Assembly (NCBI GenBank): GCA_963833095.1
Contig: CAWHWQ010000002.1
Coordinates: forward strand, 32,001-96,000
From: Vulcanimicrobiota bacterium
Lineage (GTDB): Bacteria; Vulcanimicrobiota; Vulcanimicrobiia; Vulcanimicrobiales; Vulcanimicrobiaceae
DNA: 64,000 nt
Direction: 5' to 3'
Within the stretch, counting starts at the first letter, position 1, and every line of letters starts with the position of its first letter. The position numbers and the translations under genes were made by a program. Below, one piece after another: positions 1 through 10,907 of this stretch. Below the pieces are notes generated by a model. That model saw nothing but the letters and a program-made list of their open reading frames with translations, was not told the DNA's origin and did not search any database.

Positions 1-2375
1 TTGTACTTCACTTCGAGCGTCTGCGCGTTGTAGCGCTTGCCTTTGCAGACTTCGCACGGCACGTAGACGTCGGGCAGGAAGTGCATCTCGATCTTGATGA
101 TGCCGTCGCCCTCGCACGCTTCGCAGCGGCCGCCCTTGACGTTGAACGAAAACCGGCCCGGCGTGTAGCCGCGCATCTTGGCTTCGGGCACCATCGAAAA
201 CAGCTCGCGAATGATGATCGAACGTACCGGTGTAGGTCGCCGGATTGGAGCGCGGCGTGCGGCCGATCGGCGATTGATCGATCACGACCAGCTTGTCGAG
301 CTGGCCTGCGCCCTTGACCGTGCCGTAGGTGCCGCCGGCGGGTTGGCCGTGCAGATGCTGGTTGAGCGCGCGCACCAGCACCTCGTTGACCAGCGACGAT
401 TTGCCGCTGCCGCTCACGCCGGTGACGGCGCGAAAGCGCCGATCGGAAACGTCGACGTCGAGGCCGTTGATGTTGTTGGCCTTCGCGTTGCGCACTTCGA
501 GCCAGCGCGCGCGGCTCGCGGCGGCGTCTTCGGAATCGGAATGAACTTGCGCCCCGAAAGATAGGCGCCGGTCTCGGATTCGGGATTGTCAAGGACTTCG
601 TCGAGCGTGCCGACGGTGAGAATCTCGCCGCCTTCGGCGCCCGCGCCCGGGCCGATATCGACGACCACGTCGGCGGTGCGCATCGTATCCTCGTCGTGCT
701 CGATGACGATCAGCGTGTTGCCGAGATCGCGCAGCGTTTTCAGCGTCGCCAGCAGCCGGTCGTTGTCGCGCTGGTGCAGCCCGATCGACGGCTCGTCGAG
801 AATGTAGAGCACGCCGACCAGCGCGCTGCCGATCTGCGTCGCCAGGCGGATGCGCTGCGATTCGCCGCCCGAGAGCGTCGTCGCCGAGCGCGCGAGCGTG
901 AGATAGTTCAGACCGACGTTGGTGAGGAAGCCGAGGCGCGCGCGGATCTCTTTGACGATTTGGTGCGCGATCTGCTCCTGGCGCGCGGTCAGCTCGAGCT
1001 CGCGGAAAAAGCTTCGGAGTTTTCGATCGACATCCGCGTCACCGCGTCGATGTTTTCGCCGCCGACCGTGACCGCCAGCGCTTCGGGTTTGAGGCGCGCG
1101 CCCTTGCAGGTCGGGCACGTCGATGCCGACATGAACTTCTCGATGTCTTCCTTGACGTAGTCGCTCGAGGTTTCGCTGTAACGGCGCTGCAGGTTGTTGA
1201 TGACGCCTTCGAACGACGCCTCTGTACTCCCACGTCTTGCCCGCGCGCGACGTATAGGCGAAATTCTGCTCGTTTTCGGTGCCGTAGAGGATCACGTCGA
1301 CGACGTCGTCCGAGAGATCCTCGATCGGCGTCGACATCTTCACGCGGTACTTGCGCAGCACGCGTTCGAGCTGCTGCAGGTAGTACGGATTCATCGACGG
1401 GAAACGGCCGCCGCCCAAACTCTTGCTCCACGGCACGATCGCGCCGTCCTCGATCGACTTGCTGCGGTCCGGAATCACCTTCCACGGATCGATCTCGATC
1501 TTTTCGCCCAGGCCGCTGCACGCCGGGCACGCGCCGTACGGCGAGTTGAACGAGAACAGGCGCGGCGCCAGCTCTTCGAACGAGAGCCCGCAGTGCACGC
1601 ACGCGAAGGCTTCGCTGAACGTCAGCTCGCGCCAGCTTTGTCTTCGCCCGCTTCGTCGAAGCACGGTGACGATGCCGGTCGAGAGGCGCAAGCGTCGTTT
1701 CGACCGAGTCGGTCAGCCGCTTGCGAATATCGGGCTTCATCACGAGGCGGTCGACGACGACTTCGATCGTGTGCTTGCGCTTCTTATCGAGCACGATCTT
1801 CTCGCGCAGTTCTTTGATCTCGCCGTCGACGCGCACGCGCGCGAAGCCCTCTTTGGCGACTTCCTCGAACAGCTTGGCGTACTCGCCCTTGCGGCCGCGA
1901 ACCAGCGGCGCGAGCAGCTGGATGCGCGTGCCTTCGGGCAGCTCCATAATCGCGTCGACGATCTGCTCGCTCGATTGCGAGCTGATCTCGCGACCGCAGT
2001 TGTAGCAATGCGGCGTGCCGACGCGCGCGAAGAGCAAGCGCAGGTAGTCGTAGATCTCGGTGACGGTACCGACCGTCGAGCGCGGATTGCGCGAGGTCGA
2101 CTTCTGATCGATCGAAATCGCCGGCGAAAGCCCCTCGATGTAATCGACGTCGGGCTTCTCCATCTGTCCCAGAAACTGCCGCGCGTACGACGAGAGCGAC
2201 TCGACGTAGCGGCGCTGCCCTTCGGCGTAAATCGTATCGAACGCGAGCGACGATTTCCCCGACCGGAAAGGCCGGTGACGACGATGAGCCGGTTGCGCGG
2301 CAGGGCGAGGTCGATGTTCTTGAGGTTGTGTTCGCGCGCGCCCTTGATGACGATGTGATCAAGACCGGCGGCCAT
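1..2375 (-). CDS. uvrA: Excinuclease ABC subunit A, runs off the left edge, multiple frameshifts
   Basis: N-terminus [37 protein letters not shown], Zn-finger ACPACSGLG and [26 protein letters not shown] are spread over several reading frames. Confidence 0.95.
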
Positions 2376-2384
2376 ATAGCTCCC

Positions 2385-3068
2385 CTACAACTCCTTAGCC
2401 TGGTGGGTGAGTTTCAGGTACTCGCCGGCAATAACCAAGGAGGCGTACGAAACGACGACTTGCCCGATGAGCCCGGCCAAGAGCGCCCCGCCCAGCTCCG
2501 AGAACCGCCCCGCGAGCAAACCAAGCCAGCCCCCAAGCGCCGCGATCACCGCGATTAACCCGACCACCGCGAGGGTCGGCAGAGCGTTGGCGAGCGCCGT
2601 GGAAGCGGACTCGACGATCCCGGCGATTGGCGGTCGCTCCCCGATGACGACCGCGGCCATCGTGTAAATGAAGAACACGGCGTAAACGAGCAGCGTGACC
2701 CCGAAGGTTGTCGGCGCGAGCGCCGCCGCGCAAAATCCCATGACGAGCAGCAGCACCGCGGCTCCGGCAGCGGGCCAGAGCCGGTGGGCCAGAGCTTCCC
2801 ACCCGTCGCGCAAACTCGTGCGTTCGTGGCGCCAGGCGGCGCCCGCCATGCCGGTGGTATAGGCCAACTGCGCAAGCGAAATCGCCAGCGTAACCGTCAC
2901 CAGCAAGCCCACGAGTAACAGCTGGTCGGAGACTGCCTGCGTAGCAATCGAGGCAGCCGTCTGCAGTGCGCCCGCTACGATTCCCGGAACCAAAATCACC
3001 GGATTGCGCGCGAGCAGCACCCAGGCTCGCGCAAACGTGCTCTCCAGATCGCGCGCGCTTTGCGTCAT
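2385..3068 (-). CDS. Multi-pass membrane protein, unknown function
   Basis: 227 aa hydrophobic ORF; ATGA overlap with the upstream HAD gene. Confidence 0.75.
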   Translation of the reverse strand: MTQSARDLESTFARAWVLLARNPVILVPGIVAGALQTAASIATQAVSDQLLLVGLLVTVTLAISLAQLAYTTGMAGAAWRHERTSLRDGWEALAHRLWPAAGAAVLLLVMGFCAAALAPTTFGVTLLVYAVFFIYTMAAVVIGERPPIAGIVESASTALANALPTLAVVGLIAVIAALGGWLGLLAGRFSELGGALLAGLIGQVVVSYASLVIAGEYLKLTHQAKEL

Positions 3069-3784
3069 GCCCGTTCCAGGGCGCCTAGCACTTCGTTGAT
3101 CGATGCGCAGGTCGCGTTCGGCGGCGGCGCGCCTTCGGGCACGCGCTCGTCACGGATATTCAGCCACACGGCATAGAGCCCAGCCTCAAGCGCGCCACGC
3201 ACATCGCGGTCGTAGCGGTCACCGACCATCGCGCTGCGCGCGGGCGCGGATCCCATCGTCGTGCAGGCATGCGCGAAGAGCAGCGGGTCGGGCTTGATCA
3301 TACCCACTTCATCGGCAATGAAGATTGCGTCGAAGAACTCACCGATCTGCAGCAGTTTGATTTTCTCGCGGTGCGTCTCGGAAAAGCCGTTGGTGAGAAT
3401 ACCCAAGCGCAGACCGCGTTCACGCAAGGCGCGCAGCAGTTCGATCGCGCCGGGGAAAACCGCAAAATACTTCTTCCGGTATTCGTTATAGGTCGCAGCG
3501 CTTCGTTGCGCGAGACTGCGATCGGCGATACCGACGCGTTCGAGTGCGGAGTTCCACATCATCTCCCGCAAGCCCGAGAGACGTGTGCGCAGTTGATCCG
3601 GCGTCAAGCGGTGCCAGAAACCTTCGGCTTCCGCGATGTAGGCGCGCTTGACCGCGAGCGCATCGACACCGCGCTCGAGCGCGATCTCGCGCGCGACCTC
3701 CTCGGCCGCACTTTGGAATGCGTAGGTATCGTCGTGCAACGTATCGTCCAAGTCGAACAAGACGACTTCCAGATGCCGGCTCAC
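3065..3784 (-). CDS. HAD-superfamily hydrolase
   Basis: FDLDDTL motif I, ILTNG, KPDP, MVGDRYDRDV. Confidence 0.9.
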   Translation of the reverse strand: MSRHLEVVLFDLDDTLHDDTYAFQSAAEEVAREIALERGVDALAVKRAYIAEAEGFWHRLTPDQLRTRLSGLREMMWNSALERVGIADRSLAQRSAATYNEYRKKYFAVFPGAIELLRALRERGLRLGILTNGFSETHREKIKLLQIGEFFDAIFIADEVGMIKPDPLLFAHACTTMGSAPARSAMVGDRYDRDVRGALEAGLYAVWLNIRDERVPEGAPPPNATCASINEVLGALERA

Positions 3785-3786
3785 GG

Positions 3787-4818
3787 TTAAAAGCGTACCC
3801 GAAATTCACGCTCGCCGAAAGCGGCAACGTCTGCAAGAATCGCCTCACCCTCGATCGCGGCGTCACCTTCCACCTCCCGCATCCGCGCGCCGCAGCGCAG
3901 CCGCATCGCTCGAGGTGCCCCGTCGACCTCGCGCACGCGCACGATAACGCCGTCGCCGTGCGCGTCCGGCCTGCAGGCCACGATTCGGATCGCCCGGTCG
4001 TCGCTCGTGAAAAGTCGCACGCGCGGTTCGTAGGCAAAGTCTTCGTAGGCTGCTTCAAGCGCCCCCAGAGAGACGCCGGGTTCAAACGGCGCAAAAGCCC
4101 ACGCAAGCTGCGCCTGACCGCCGTCGTGGAGCAGCGATACGCGAAGATGCATCCCACCCTTGCGCAGCGGCTGCGATGTCCAGCCCAGCGGATCGAGCGC
4201 AAAGAGCGCGAGGCCGGCGCGCTCATCGCTCAGCGCGGCAAAGTGTCGGTCTGCGCCATAACGCACCTCGCCGGCTTGGATCGCGACCCAGCTTTCGAGC
4301 GCGAGCGTTGCGCGCGACGTTTTCCAATCGACCGCGCAAGCGACGCGCACAAACGGTTCGCCGCGACGCACTTCGATCGACATCGTCGCGGGCGACGAAC
4401 CGGTCAAAAAGCGCACCTCGATACGATCGTCGTGCAATTGGAATCCCGTCGGGCGAACACGCAAGCGCCAGCCTTTGGGAAAATCACGATGAGCCGTTAG
4501 CAAGTTCGCCTGCGCGATTGGAACGCGCGTGCGCGGCGACGCAAGGTCGAGCAACGCCCCGCTTTGGTTGAACGACGCCTGCACCAGCCCGTTATCAAAG
4601 CGCACGTCGTCGCCGTCGCGCAGCGGACGGCTCGGCTCGGGCAGACGCATATTCGGAGCGCGCGGCAACATTGCGCTCGCGGCCTTATCGACGACGTCCA
4701 ACTGACCGTCCGCGAGCGCAGCACGTAGTCGATCGACGAGTTCGCGCGGACCGTGGACCGCGATACACCACGCGAGCTTTTCCTCGACGGCGGCGAGCTC
4801 ACGTGATGAGGGAGGCAC
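3787..4818 (-). CDS. Protein resembling the C-terminal beta domains of GH38 alpha-mannosidase
   Basis: DNGLVQASFN, VDWK...LALES and GVIVRVREVDG segments resemble GH38 C-terminal domains; GTG start overlaps the upstream TAG (TAGTG). Confidence 0.55.
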   Translation of the reverse strand: MPPSSRELAAVEEKLAWCIAVHGPRELVDRLRAALADGQLDVVDKAASAMLPRAPNMRLPEPSRPLRDGDDVRFDNGLVQASFNQSGALLDLASPRTRVPIAQANLLTAHRDFPKGWRLRVRPTGFQLHDDRIEVRFLTGSSPATMSIEVRRGEPFVRVACAVDWKTSRATLALESWVAIQAGEVRYGADRHFAALSDERAGLALFALDPLGWTSQPLRKGGMHLRVSLLHDGGQAQLAWAFAPFEPGVSLGALEAAYEDFAYEPRVRLFTSDDRAIRIVACRPDAHGDGVIVRVREVDGAPRAMRLRCGARMREVEGDAAIEGEAILADVAAFGEREFRVRF

Positions 4819-5714
4819 TAAGAGATGGTGATACTCTGGCCCGGATGCATCACCGTCACCTTTGTCTGCGGTGATGTCTTGGCAACCGCGGCGGCAAACT
4901 GATCGCCGGCGTGGATGCCGAGCACCAGCGGATTGTGCGCGTAGTGCACGGGCACGGCGTGCGAGACACCGAAGGCCTTGCATGTCATCGCTGCATCGCT
5001 GGGTCCCATCGTAAAGGCGCCGTTCCCGGTGCAAACGACAGCAATCTGCGGCTTGTAGCGTTTGCCGAGGTCGTGCATATCACCGAAGTAGTCGGTGTCC
5101 CCGGAGGCGTAGACGCGCGTCGAGCCGATATCGAGGATGAATCCGGCCGGCGGATAGCCGAGCGCAGTCGAATGGATCGCGGGAACGAGCCACGCGTGGA
5201 TCGTGCCATGCGCCGTCTCGCCGCCGAAGTTCATGCCCGCCCCCTTATTCGCGACGAGCGTCGCCATGTCGAGGTTCGCCGCCTTGAATTTCGGCACGAG
5301 CCCAACGCGCATCAGATCGCTTTGGCCCGTCGTCATCACCGGTAAGCCGGCCGCGACCAGCGCAGGCAGCAGCTCGAAATAGTCGCCCATATGATCGCCG
5401 TGATCGTGGGTCAGCGCCACGAGCACGTATTGCGGGTTGCGCGATTTCAGATGGGCCGCATAGGCAGCCGCGCTTTGCAGCTCGGGCGGCTTCTCAATGC
5501 CGAATGCGGTCCAACCGGTATTGTTCCAGATCCAGGCATCGACCAGAACAATCGCACTGTCGTCGGGCGTGGAGAGCTCGTAGACGCCCCCGCCGAACCA
5601 GCGCATCTTCAGCTTTCCGCCGGGTGAGGCGGCCGCAGCGACTTCGCTCGATGTCGCAGCCCCAATTGCACCAGCGACCGCACTGGCGGCCAAAAAATCG
5701 CCCCGAGACACCAT
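4818..5714 (-). CDS. Exported metallo-beta-lactamase-fold hydrolase (UPF0173-like)
   Basis: [21 protein letters not shown] motifs; N-terminus [10 protein letters not shown] followed by a hydrophobic stretch. Confidence 0.85.
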   Translation of the reverse strand: MVSRGDFLAASAVAGAIGAATSSEVAAAASPGGKLKMRWFGGGVYELSTPDDSAIVLVDAWIWNNTGWTAFGIEKPPELQSAAAYAAHLKSRNPQYVLVALTHDHGDHMGDYFELLPALVAAGLPVMTTGQSDLMRVGLVPKFKAANLDMATLVANKGAGMNFGGETAHGTIHAWLVPAIHSTALGYPPAGFILDIGSTRVYASGDTDYFGDMHDLGKRYKPQIAVVCTGNGAFTMGPSDAAMTCKAFGVSHAVPVHYAHNPLVLGIHAGDQFAAAVAKTSPQTKVTVMHPGQSITIS

Positions 5715-7766
5715 TATACGAGCTCCTTCAGCGCAGTGTTGAAGATCTTCGGCGCTTTGCCTTGGAAGAGCAGCGACTCGTTGCCGCCGATCTGCTCTGC
5801 GCAGTTCGATCAGCTCGTCGCGCAGCGCCGCGGCCTTCTCGAACTCGAGGTTGGCGGCATACTCGCGCATCTTCCTCTCGATGTCGGTGGCCATCCGCAT
5901 GCGCGACGTCGCGCGGGAGTCTTGTCCGACGCGACGGCGGCGGCGGTCTCCTCGGTGGCGCCGACCATGCTCGAGGATGTCGCGCACTTCCTTGCGGATG
6001 GACGCGGCTCGATGCCGTGCTCGAGGTTGTAGGCGACCTGCCGCTCGCGCCGGCGCTTGGTCTCGCCGAGCGCGCGCGCCATCGATTCGGTCACGACGTC
6101 GGCGTACATGATCACCTTGCCCTCGACGTTGCGCGCCGCGCGGCCGATCGTCTGGATCAGCGACGTGCCGCTGCGCAGATAGCCTTCCTTGTCGGCATCG
6201 AGGATGCCGACGAGCGAGACCTCGGGCAGGTCGAGGCCTTCGCGCAAGCAGATTGATGCCGACCAGCACGTCGAAGACGCCCATGCGCAAGTCGCGCAGG
6301 ATCGCGATGCGCTCGAGCGTCTCGACCTCGCTGTGCAGGTAGCGCACTTTGAGGCCGTTCTCGAGCAAGATAGTCGGTGAGGTCTTCGGCCATCTTCTTG
6401 GTGAGCGTCGTGACCAGCACGCGCTCGTTGCTGTCGGCGCGCTGGCGAATTTCTTCCATCAGATCGTCGACCTGATTGCGGGTCGGGCGCACCTCGACTT
6501 CCGGATCGACCAGGCCGGTCGGCCGAATGATCATCTCGACGATCTTGCGCGCTGCGACCGATCTCGTACGTGCCCGGCGTCGCCGAGACGTAGATGACTT
6601 GATTGATGTGCTCGTCGAACTCGTCGTAGGTGAGCGGGCGGTTGTCGAGCGCGCTCGGCAGGCGGAAGCCGTGCTCGACCAGCGATTTGCTTGCGCGAGC
6701 GGTCGCCGCCGTACATGCCGTGGACCTGCGGCATCGTGACGTGCGACTCGTCGACGAACAGCAGCCAGTCCTTCGGGAAGAAGTCGAGCAGACACCACGG
6801 CGTCGAGCCGGCTTCGCGCCCGGCCAGATGGCGCGAGTAGTTCTCGACGCCGTTGCAGTAGCCGACCTCGCGCAGCATGTCGAGATCGTAGCGCGTGCGC
6901 ATCTCCAGGCGCTGCGCTTCGAGCAGCTTGCCGTGCTCTTTGAAATACCTCAGCCGTTCGTCGAGCTCGATCTCGATCGCGTCGATCGCGCGCCGCAGCT
7001 TCTCGTCCGGCGTGATGAAGTGCTTGGCCGGGAAGATCAGTCAGCTCGTCCTTGCTCTCGACGTACTCGCCGGTGAGCAGGTTGACGACGTTGATCGCCT
7101 CGATCGTGATCGCCGAAGAACTCGATGCGATGCACCAGCTCTTCGTCGACGCCGACGAACTCGAGCATGTCGCCGCGCACGCGGAACGTTCCGCGCACGA
7201 GGTTGAGGTCGTTGCGGCGGTACTGCATGTCGATCAGCTTGCGCAGAAGCGCGTCGCGGTCGATCTCGTCGCCGACGTGGATCTTGGCCGACATCTCCAT
7301 GTAATCGGAGGGCGAACCCAAGCCGTAGATGCACGAGACCGAGGCGACGATCAAGCGTATCGGGCCGCGTCAGCAGCGATTGCGTCGCCGAATGGCGCAG
7401 GCGCTCGATCTCCTCGTTGATCGAGGAGTCTTTCTCGATGTAGGTGTCGGTCGAGGCGACGTACGCTTCGGGCTGATAGTAGTCGAAGTACGAGACGAAA
7501 TACTCGACCGCGTTGTTGGGAAAAAAGTCGCGGAACTCGGCGCACAGCTGGGCGGCGAGCGTCTTGTTGTGGCACAGCACCAGCGTCGGCTTTTGCACCA
7601 GCTCGACCACGCGCGCCATCGCCATGGTTTTGCCGCTCCCGGTGACGCCGAGCAGCGTCTGCGCGCGGTCGCCGCGCAGGACGCCTTCGGCCAGCGCGTC
7701 GGTCGCCTCGGGTTGGTCGCCGGCAAGCGGATACGGAGCGACGAGTTCGAAGCGTTGGGTGGCCAT
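5714..7766 (-). CDS. uvrB: Excinuclease ABC subunit B, multiple frameshifts
   Basis: [56 protein letters not shown] and the UVR domain ([11 protein letters not shown]) lie across several frames. Confidence 0.95.
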
Positions 7767-7877
7767 GGCGTTTCCTTTTGATGCCGAAATTAGGGGGCCG
7801 GGTTGCACCCTATGGGGGAGCGAGCCCAAGGCTCGCGAACTTTGCCCATCCGCCGGTAGCCCTGGAGAAGCACCCCG

Positions 7878-8914
7878 TTGAGCCACAATCCCCTGATTTT
7901 CAGCGGCAACTCGAACCCCGCGCTGGCCGAGGAAATCGCCAAGCGGCTAAAGATGCACGTGGGCAAGTCGTTGTCGACAAGTTCAAGAACGAAGAGACGC
8001 GCGTCGAGATCGGCGAGAACGTCCGCGGTTCGGAAGTCTTCGTCGTTCAGTCGATCTGCAAAGCGGCTGACGGTCGCATCGGCGTCAACGACGCGTTCAT
8101 GGAGTTGCTGCTGATGATCGACGCGCTGCGCCGCGCGTCGGCCGCCCGCATCACCGCCGTGATCCCTTACTACGGCTACGCCAAGCAAGACAAGAAGACC
8201 AAAGGCCGCGAGCCGATCTCGGCCAAGGTCGTCGCCAATCTGCTCAAGGTCAGCGGCGCCAAGCGTATCGTGACGATGGATCTGCACGCCGCGCAAATCC
8301 AAGGGTTCTTCGATATCCCGGTCGACAACCTCATGGCGATGCCGGTCCTGTGCAACTACTTGAAGGACAACAAGCTCTGTGAGGACCGCGTCGTCGTGGT
8401 CTCTCCGGACGCCGGCGGCGTGCACCGCGCCGAACTCTTCGCCAAGCGCCTGCAAAGCTCGCTGGCGATCGTCTTCAAGCGCCGTCCCGAGCCCGACGTC
8501 TCGGAAGTCACCGACATCGTCGGCGACGTGAAGGGGAAGATCGCGGTCGTCGTCGACGACATGATCTCGACCGGCGGCACGCTCGCGAAAGCCGCCGAAG
8601 CGATCAAAGCGCGCGGCGCAACGCAGGTCTACACCGTCGCTACGCACGGCATCTTCGCCGGCGACGCGATGCGCGTGCTCGAAGAATCGGAGATCGAGCG
8701 CGTGATCGTCACCAACACGATTCCGTTCGCGGTAGGCGAGAAGTACACGAAATTCGAGCAGCTCTCGATCGCCCAAACGTTCGCCGATACGATCAGCCGC
8801 ATCACCACCAATCGCTCGGTCTCGGCACTCTTCGATGGCGAGGAGGGAACGACTCAGCCGGAACCGGGTCCGGGCGAAACCGCCGCCGCGCTCATCGAAG
8901 CCGCTACCGCATAG
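7878..8914 (+). CDS. prs: Ribose-phosphate pyrophosphokinase (one frameshift near 7970)
   Basis: [15 protein letters not shown] in one frame, then [20 protein letters not shown] and [10 protein letters not shown] in the next. Confidence 0.95.
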
Positions 8915-8938
8915 ACGATTCGGCCGCATCGTGCGGCT
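8910..8938 (+). repeat. Post-stop hairpin repeat, copy 1
   Basis: CATAGACGATTCGGCCGCATCGTGCGGCT; near-identical to 35028-35060. Confidence 0.6.
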
Positions 8939-8959
8939 ACAACTGGAGAAATTTGCTAC

Positions 8960-9616
8960 ATGTCTTCCAAAGAGTTGAACCTCCCCATCGAACACCGGAC
9001 CAAGACCGGCACTACAGGCGCGCAGGCGCTGCGACGCGAGGGAAAAATTCCGGGCGTCCTCTACGGGCACGGCAGCGAGCCGCTGCACGTCGCGTTCGAA
9101 GCAAAGATTTTTGACGATTTATTGCATCACGGCGCGCGTAACGGCGTCGTCACGCTCACGCTCAACGGGAAAAAGGCGGATACGGTGCTCGTGCGAGACG
9201 TCGCGCGCAATCCGGTTTCACGCAAAATCATGCACGTTGATTTGCAACGCGTCTCGGAACACGAGGCTGTGCGCACGACGATCCCGCTCGTGATGGTTGG
9301 TATCCCGCGCGGCGTGCGCGAATTTGGCGGCGTGATGGATGTGATCGTGCACGAAATCGAAGTCGAGGGCCCGGTCGATCAACTGCCCGACCATTTCGAG
9401 GTCGATGTCACGGATCTCGGGATTCATCAACACGTCGTAGCGTCCGACATCAAACTACCGCCGGGATTCAAGCTTCTCGAAGCCCCCGACATGCTCGTGG
9501 TCTCCGTTGAAGCATCGAAGACAGAAAAGGCTATCGAAGATGCTGCCTCCGGCGCAGCGGCTGAACAAGCCACGCCCGAAGTGATTGGCGGGACGCCCGA
9601 GAGCGAATCACAATAG
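8960..9616 (+). CDS. rplY: 50S ribosomal protein L25 (Ctc/TL5 type)
   Basis: LRREGKIPGVLYG, HVDLQRV; position after prs. Confidence 0.95.
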   Translation: MSSKELNLPIEHRTKTGTTGAQALRREGKIPGVLYGHGSEPLHVAFEAKIFDDLLHHGARNGVVTLTLNGKKADTVLVRDVARNPVSRKIMHVDLQRVSEHEAVRTTIPLVMVGIPRGVREFGGVMDVIVHEIEVEGPVDQLPDHFEVDVTDLGIHQHVVASDIKLPPGFKLLEAPDMLVVSVEASKTEKAIEDAASGAAAEQATPEVIGGTPESESQ

Positions 9617-10200
9617 GCGAGCAAGAGGCACCCAAGCTCGTCGTCGGGCTGGGAAATCCGGGCGACGAATACAAGAGAACCCGGCACAATGCCGGGTTCA
9701 TGGTTGTCGACGAGGTCGCAGCGCGCTACGGTCTTTCGTCGTGGAAGACCAAGGACAGCGCGCGGCAGATCTTCGACTCGCGGCGGCGCGTCGTGCTGGT
9801 CGAGCCGACGTCGTTTATGAACCTCTCGGGCACGCCGGTGCGCCTGATTTCGTCGTGGTATCGCACACCGCCCGAGGGCGTGCTCGTCGTCGTCGACGAC
9901 ATGGATCTCCCATTCGGAAGCCTACGCATGCGGCCGTTCGGCGGTCATGGCGGACACAACGGCTTACGCTCGATCATCGCGACCATCGGAGATCGCTTCC
10001 CGCGTCTGCGCATCGGCGTCGGCCGCCCCGAACACGAATCGATCGATCACGTTCTCAGCCCCTTTAGCACACAAGAGCGCGAAGTGCTACCGCACATCAT
10101 CGGGGCTGCCGCCGACGGTGCGCAGCTCTGGCTCGATGACGGCCTCGAAGCCGCGATGCAGTTTGTGAACAATTGGGTACAAGGAGCCGATAACAAGTAA
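9613..10200 (+). CDS. pth: Peptidyl-tRNA hydrolase (probable ATA start)
   Basis: KLVVGLGNPGDEYKRTRHNAGF begins upstream of the ORF-track start; GGHNGLRS and RLRIGVGRP present. Confidence 0.9.
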   Translation: MGEQEAPKLVVGLGNPGDEYKRTRHNAGFMVVDEVAARYGLSSWKTKDSARQIFDSRRRVVLVEPTSFMNLSGTPVRLISSWYRTPPEGVLVVVDDMDLPFGSLRMRPFGGHGGHNGLRSIIATIGDRFPRLRIGVGRPEHESIDHVLSPFSTQEREVLPHIIGAAADGAQLWLDDGLEAAMQFVNNWVQGADNK

Positions 10201-10213
10201 CAACGACAGGGAG

Positions 10214-10888
10214 GTGAGCGCAGCGAGCGAGTTTAGCGGAAAAACCTTCGTGGTTCGCGTCGACGACGCGACCGCGAACGATGTCGACGCGACGCTGGTC
10301 GCCGATCTCCAGGTGCTCGCGCGGCAGCACGTGCGGCCGATCGTCGTTGCCCCCGACGCGCAAGCGGCGCGAGCGATCGTGCGCGCGATCAACCGGAGCG
10401 CCAACATCGCGCTTACCTTGTGCGGTTCGGACGCCGCGCTTCTCCCAAGCACGCCCAGCGGTATCGGTCACGTGCAGACCCGCATTCTGCACACGCTGAC
10501 CGGCGCTGGATTCATCCCTGTTGTCGAGCCGACTGCATTTGCGCTATTCGGCGAGGATGAGGTGGTATTGGCCGATGACGTCGCCGCTGCGATCGCGGCG
10601 GCAACCGAAGCGACGCGCGCGATTTTCTTTCACCGGGCCGGCGGCGTAAACGATCCGCAGACACACCAGTTGATCGACGAACTTACTCCCGCCGAGGCGC
10701 TCGAACTAGCCGGCGACCCGCGCGTTGACGCCGACTTGCGCAACGCGATGCGCGCCGCAGCTATCGGCGTGCGCGGCGGCATTCCGAAAGCGCAGATCGT
10801 CGACGGACGCGTCGCGCACGCTGCGCTCGTCGAACTGTTCACGACGCAGCACCTTGGCACGCAAGTAACCGGCGGACTTATTCTCTAG
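10214..10888 (+). CDS. Amino-acid-kinase-fold protein, degenerate ArgB-like
   Basis: GFIPVV, ADDVAAAIA and AQIVDGRVAHAALVELFT...GT resemble ArgB, but the catalytic K-x-GG motif is absent. Confidence 0.7.
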   Translation: MSAASEFSGKTFVVRVDDATANDVDATLVADLQVLARQHVRPIVVAPDAQAARAIVRAINRSANIALTLCGSDAALLPSTPSGIGHVQTRILHTLTGAGFIPVVEPTAFALFGEDEVVLADDVAAAIAAATEATRAIFFHRAGGVNDPQTHQLIDELTPAEALELAGDPRVDADLRNAMRAAAIGVRGGIPKAQIVDGRVAHAALVELFTTQHLGTQVTGGLIL

Positions 10889-10907
10889 ACATCCGCATCG
10901 TGGGCTA
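10886..10907 (+). repeat. Post-stop hairpin repeat, degenerate copy 3
   Basis: TAGACATCCGCATCGTGGGCTA. Confidence 0.4.

Noticed and set aside
4818..6368. Apparent 516-aa UvrB/metallo-hydrolase fusion in the ORF track
   Set aside because: Produced by uvrB frameshifts; the hydrolase has its own ATG at 5714 overlapping the uvrB stop.
1..7766. Programmed frameshifting or phase variation of uvrA/uvrB
   Set aside because: Too many sites, mostly not at slippery tracts; the merged-codon pattern points to consensus error.
7767..7877. LexA/SOS box upstream of uvrB
   Set aside because: No GAAC-N4-GTTC or CTGT-N8-ACAG found; only a short GCGAGCC/GGCTCGC hairpin.
7790..9088. Long antisense or alternative-frame ORFs (also 13266-14417, 22121-23089, 36560-37612, 56644-57675, 60848-61930)
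   Set aside because: Shadow ORFs of high-GC3 genes with Arg/Ala-rich nonsense composition and no motifs.
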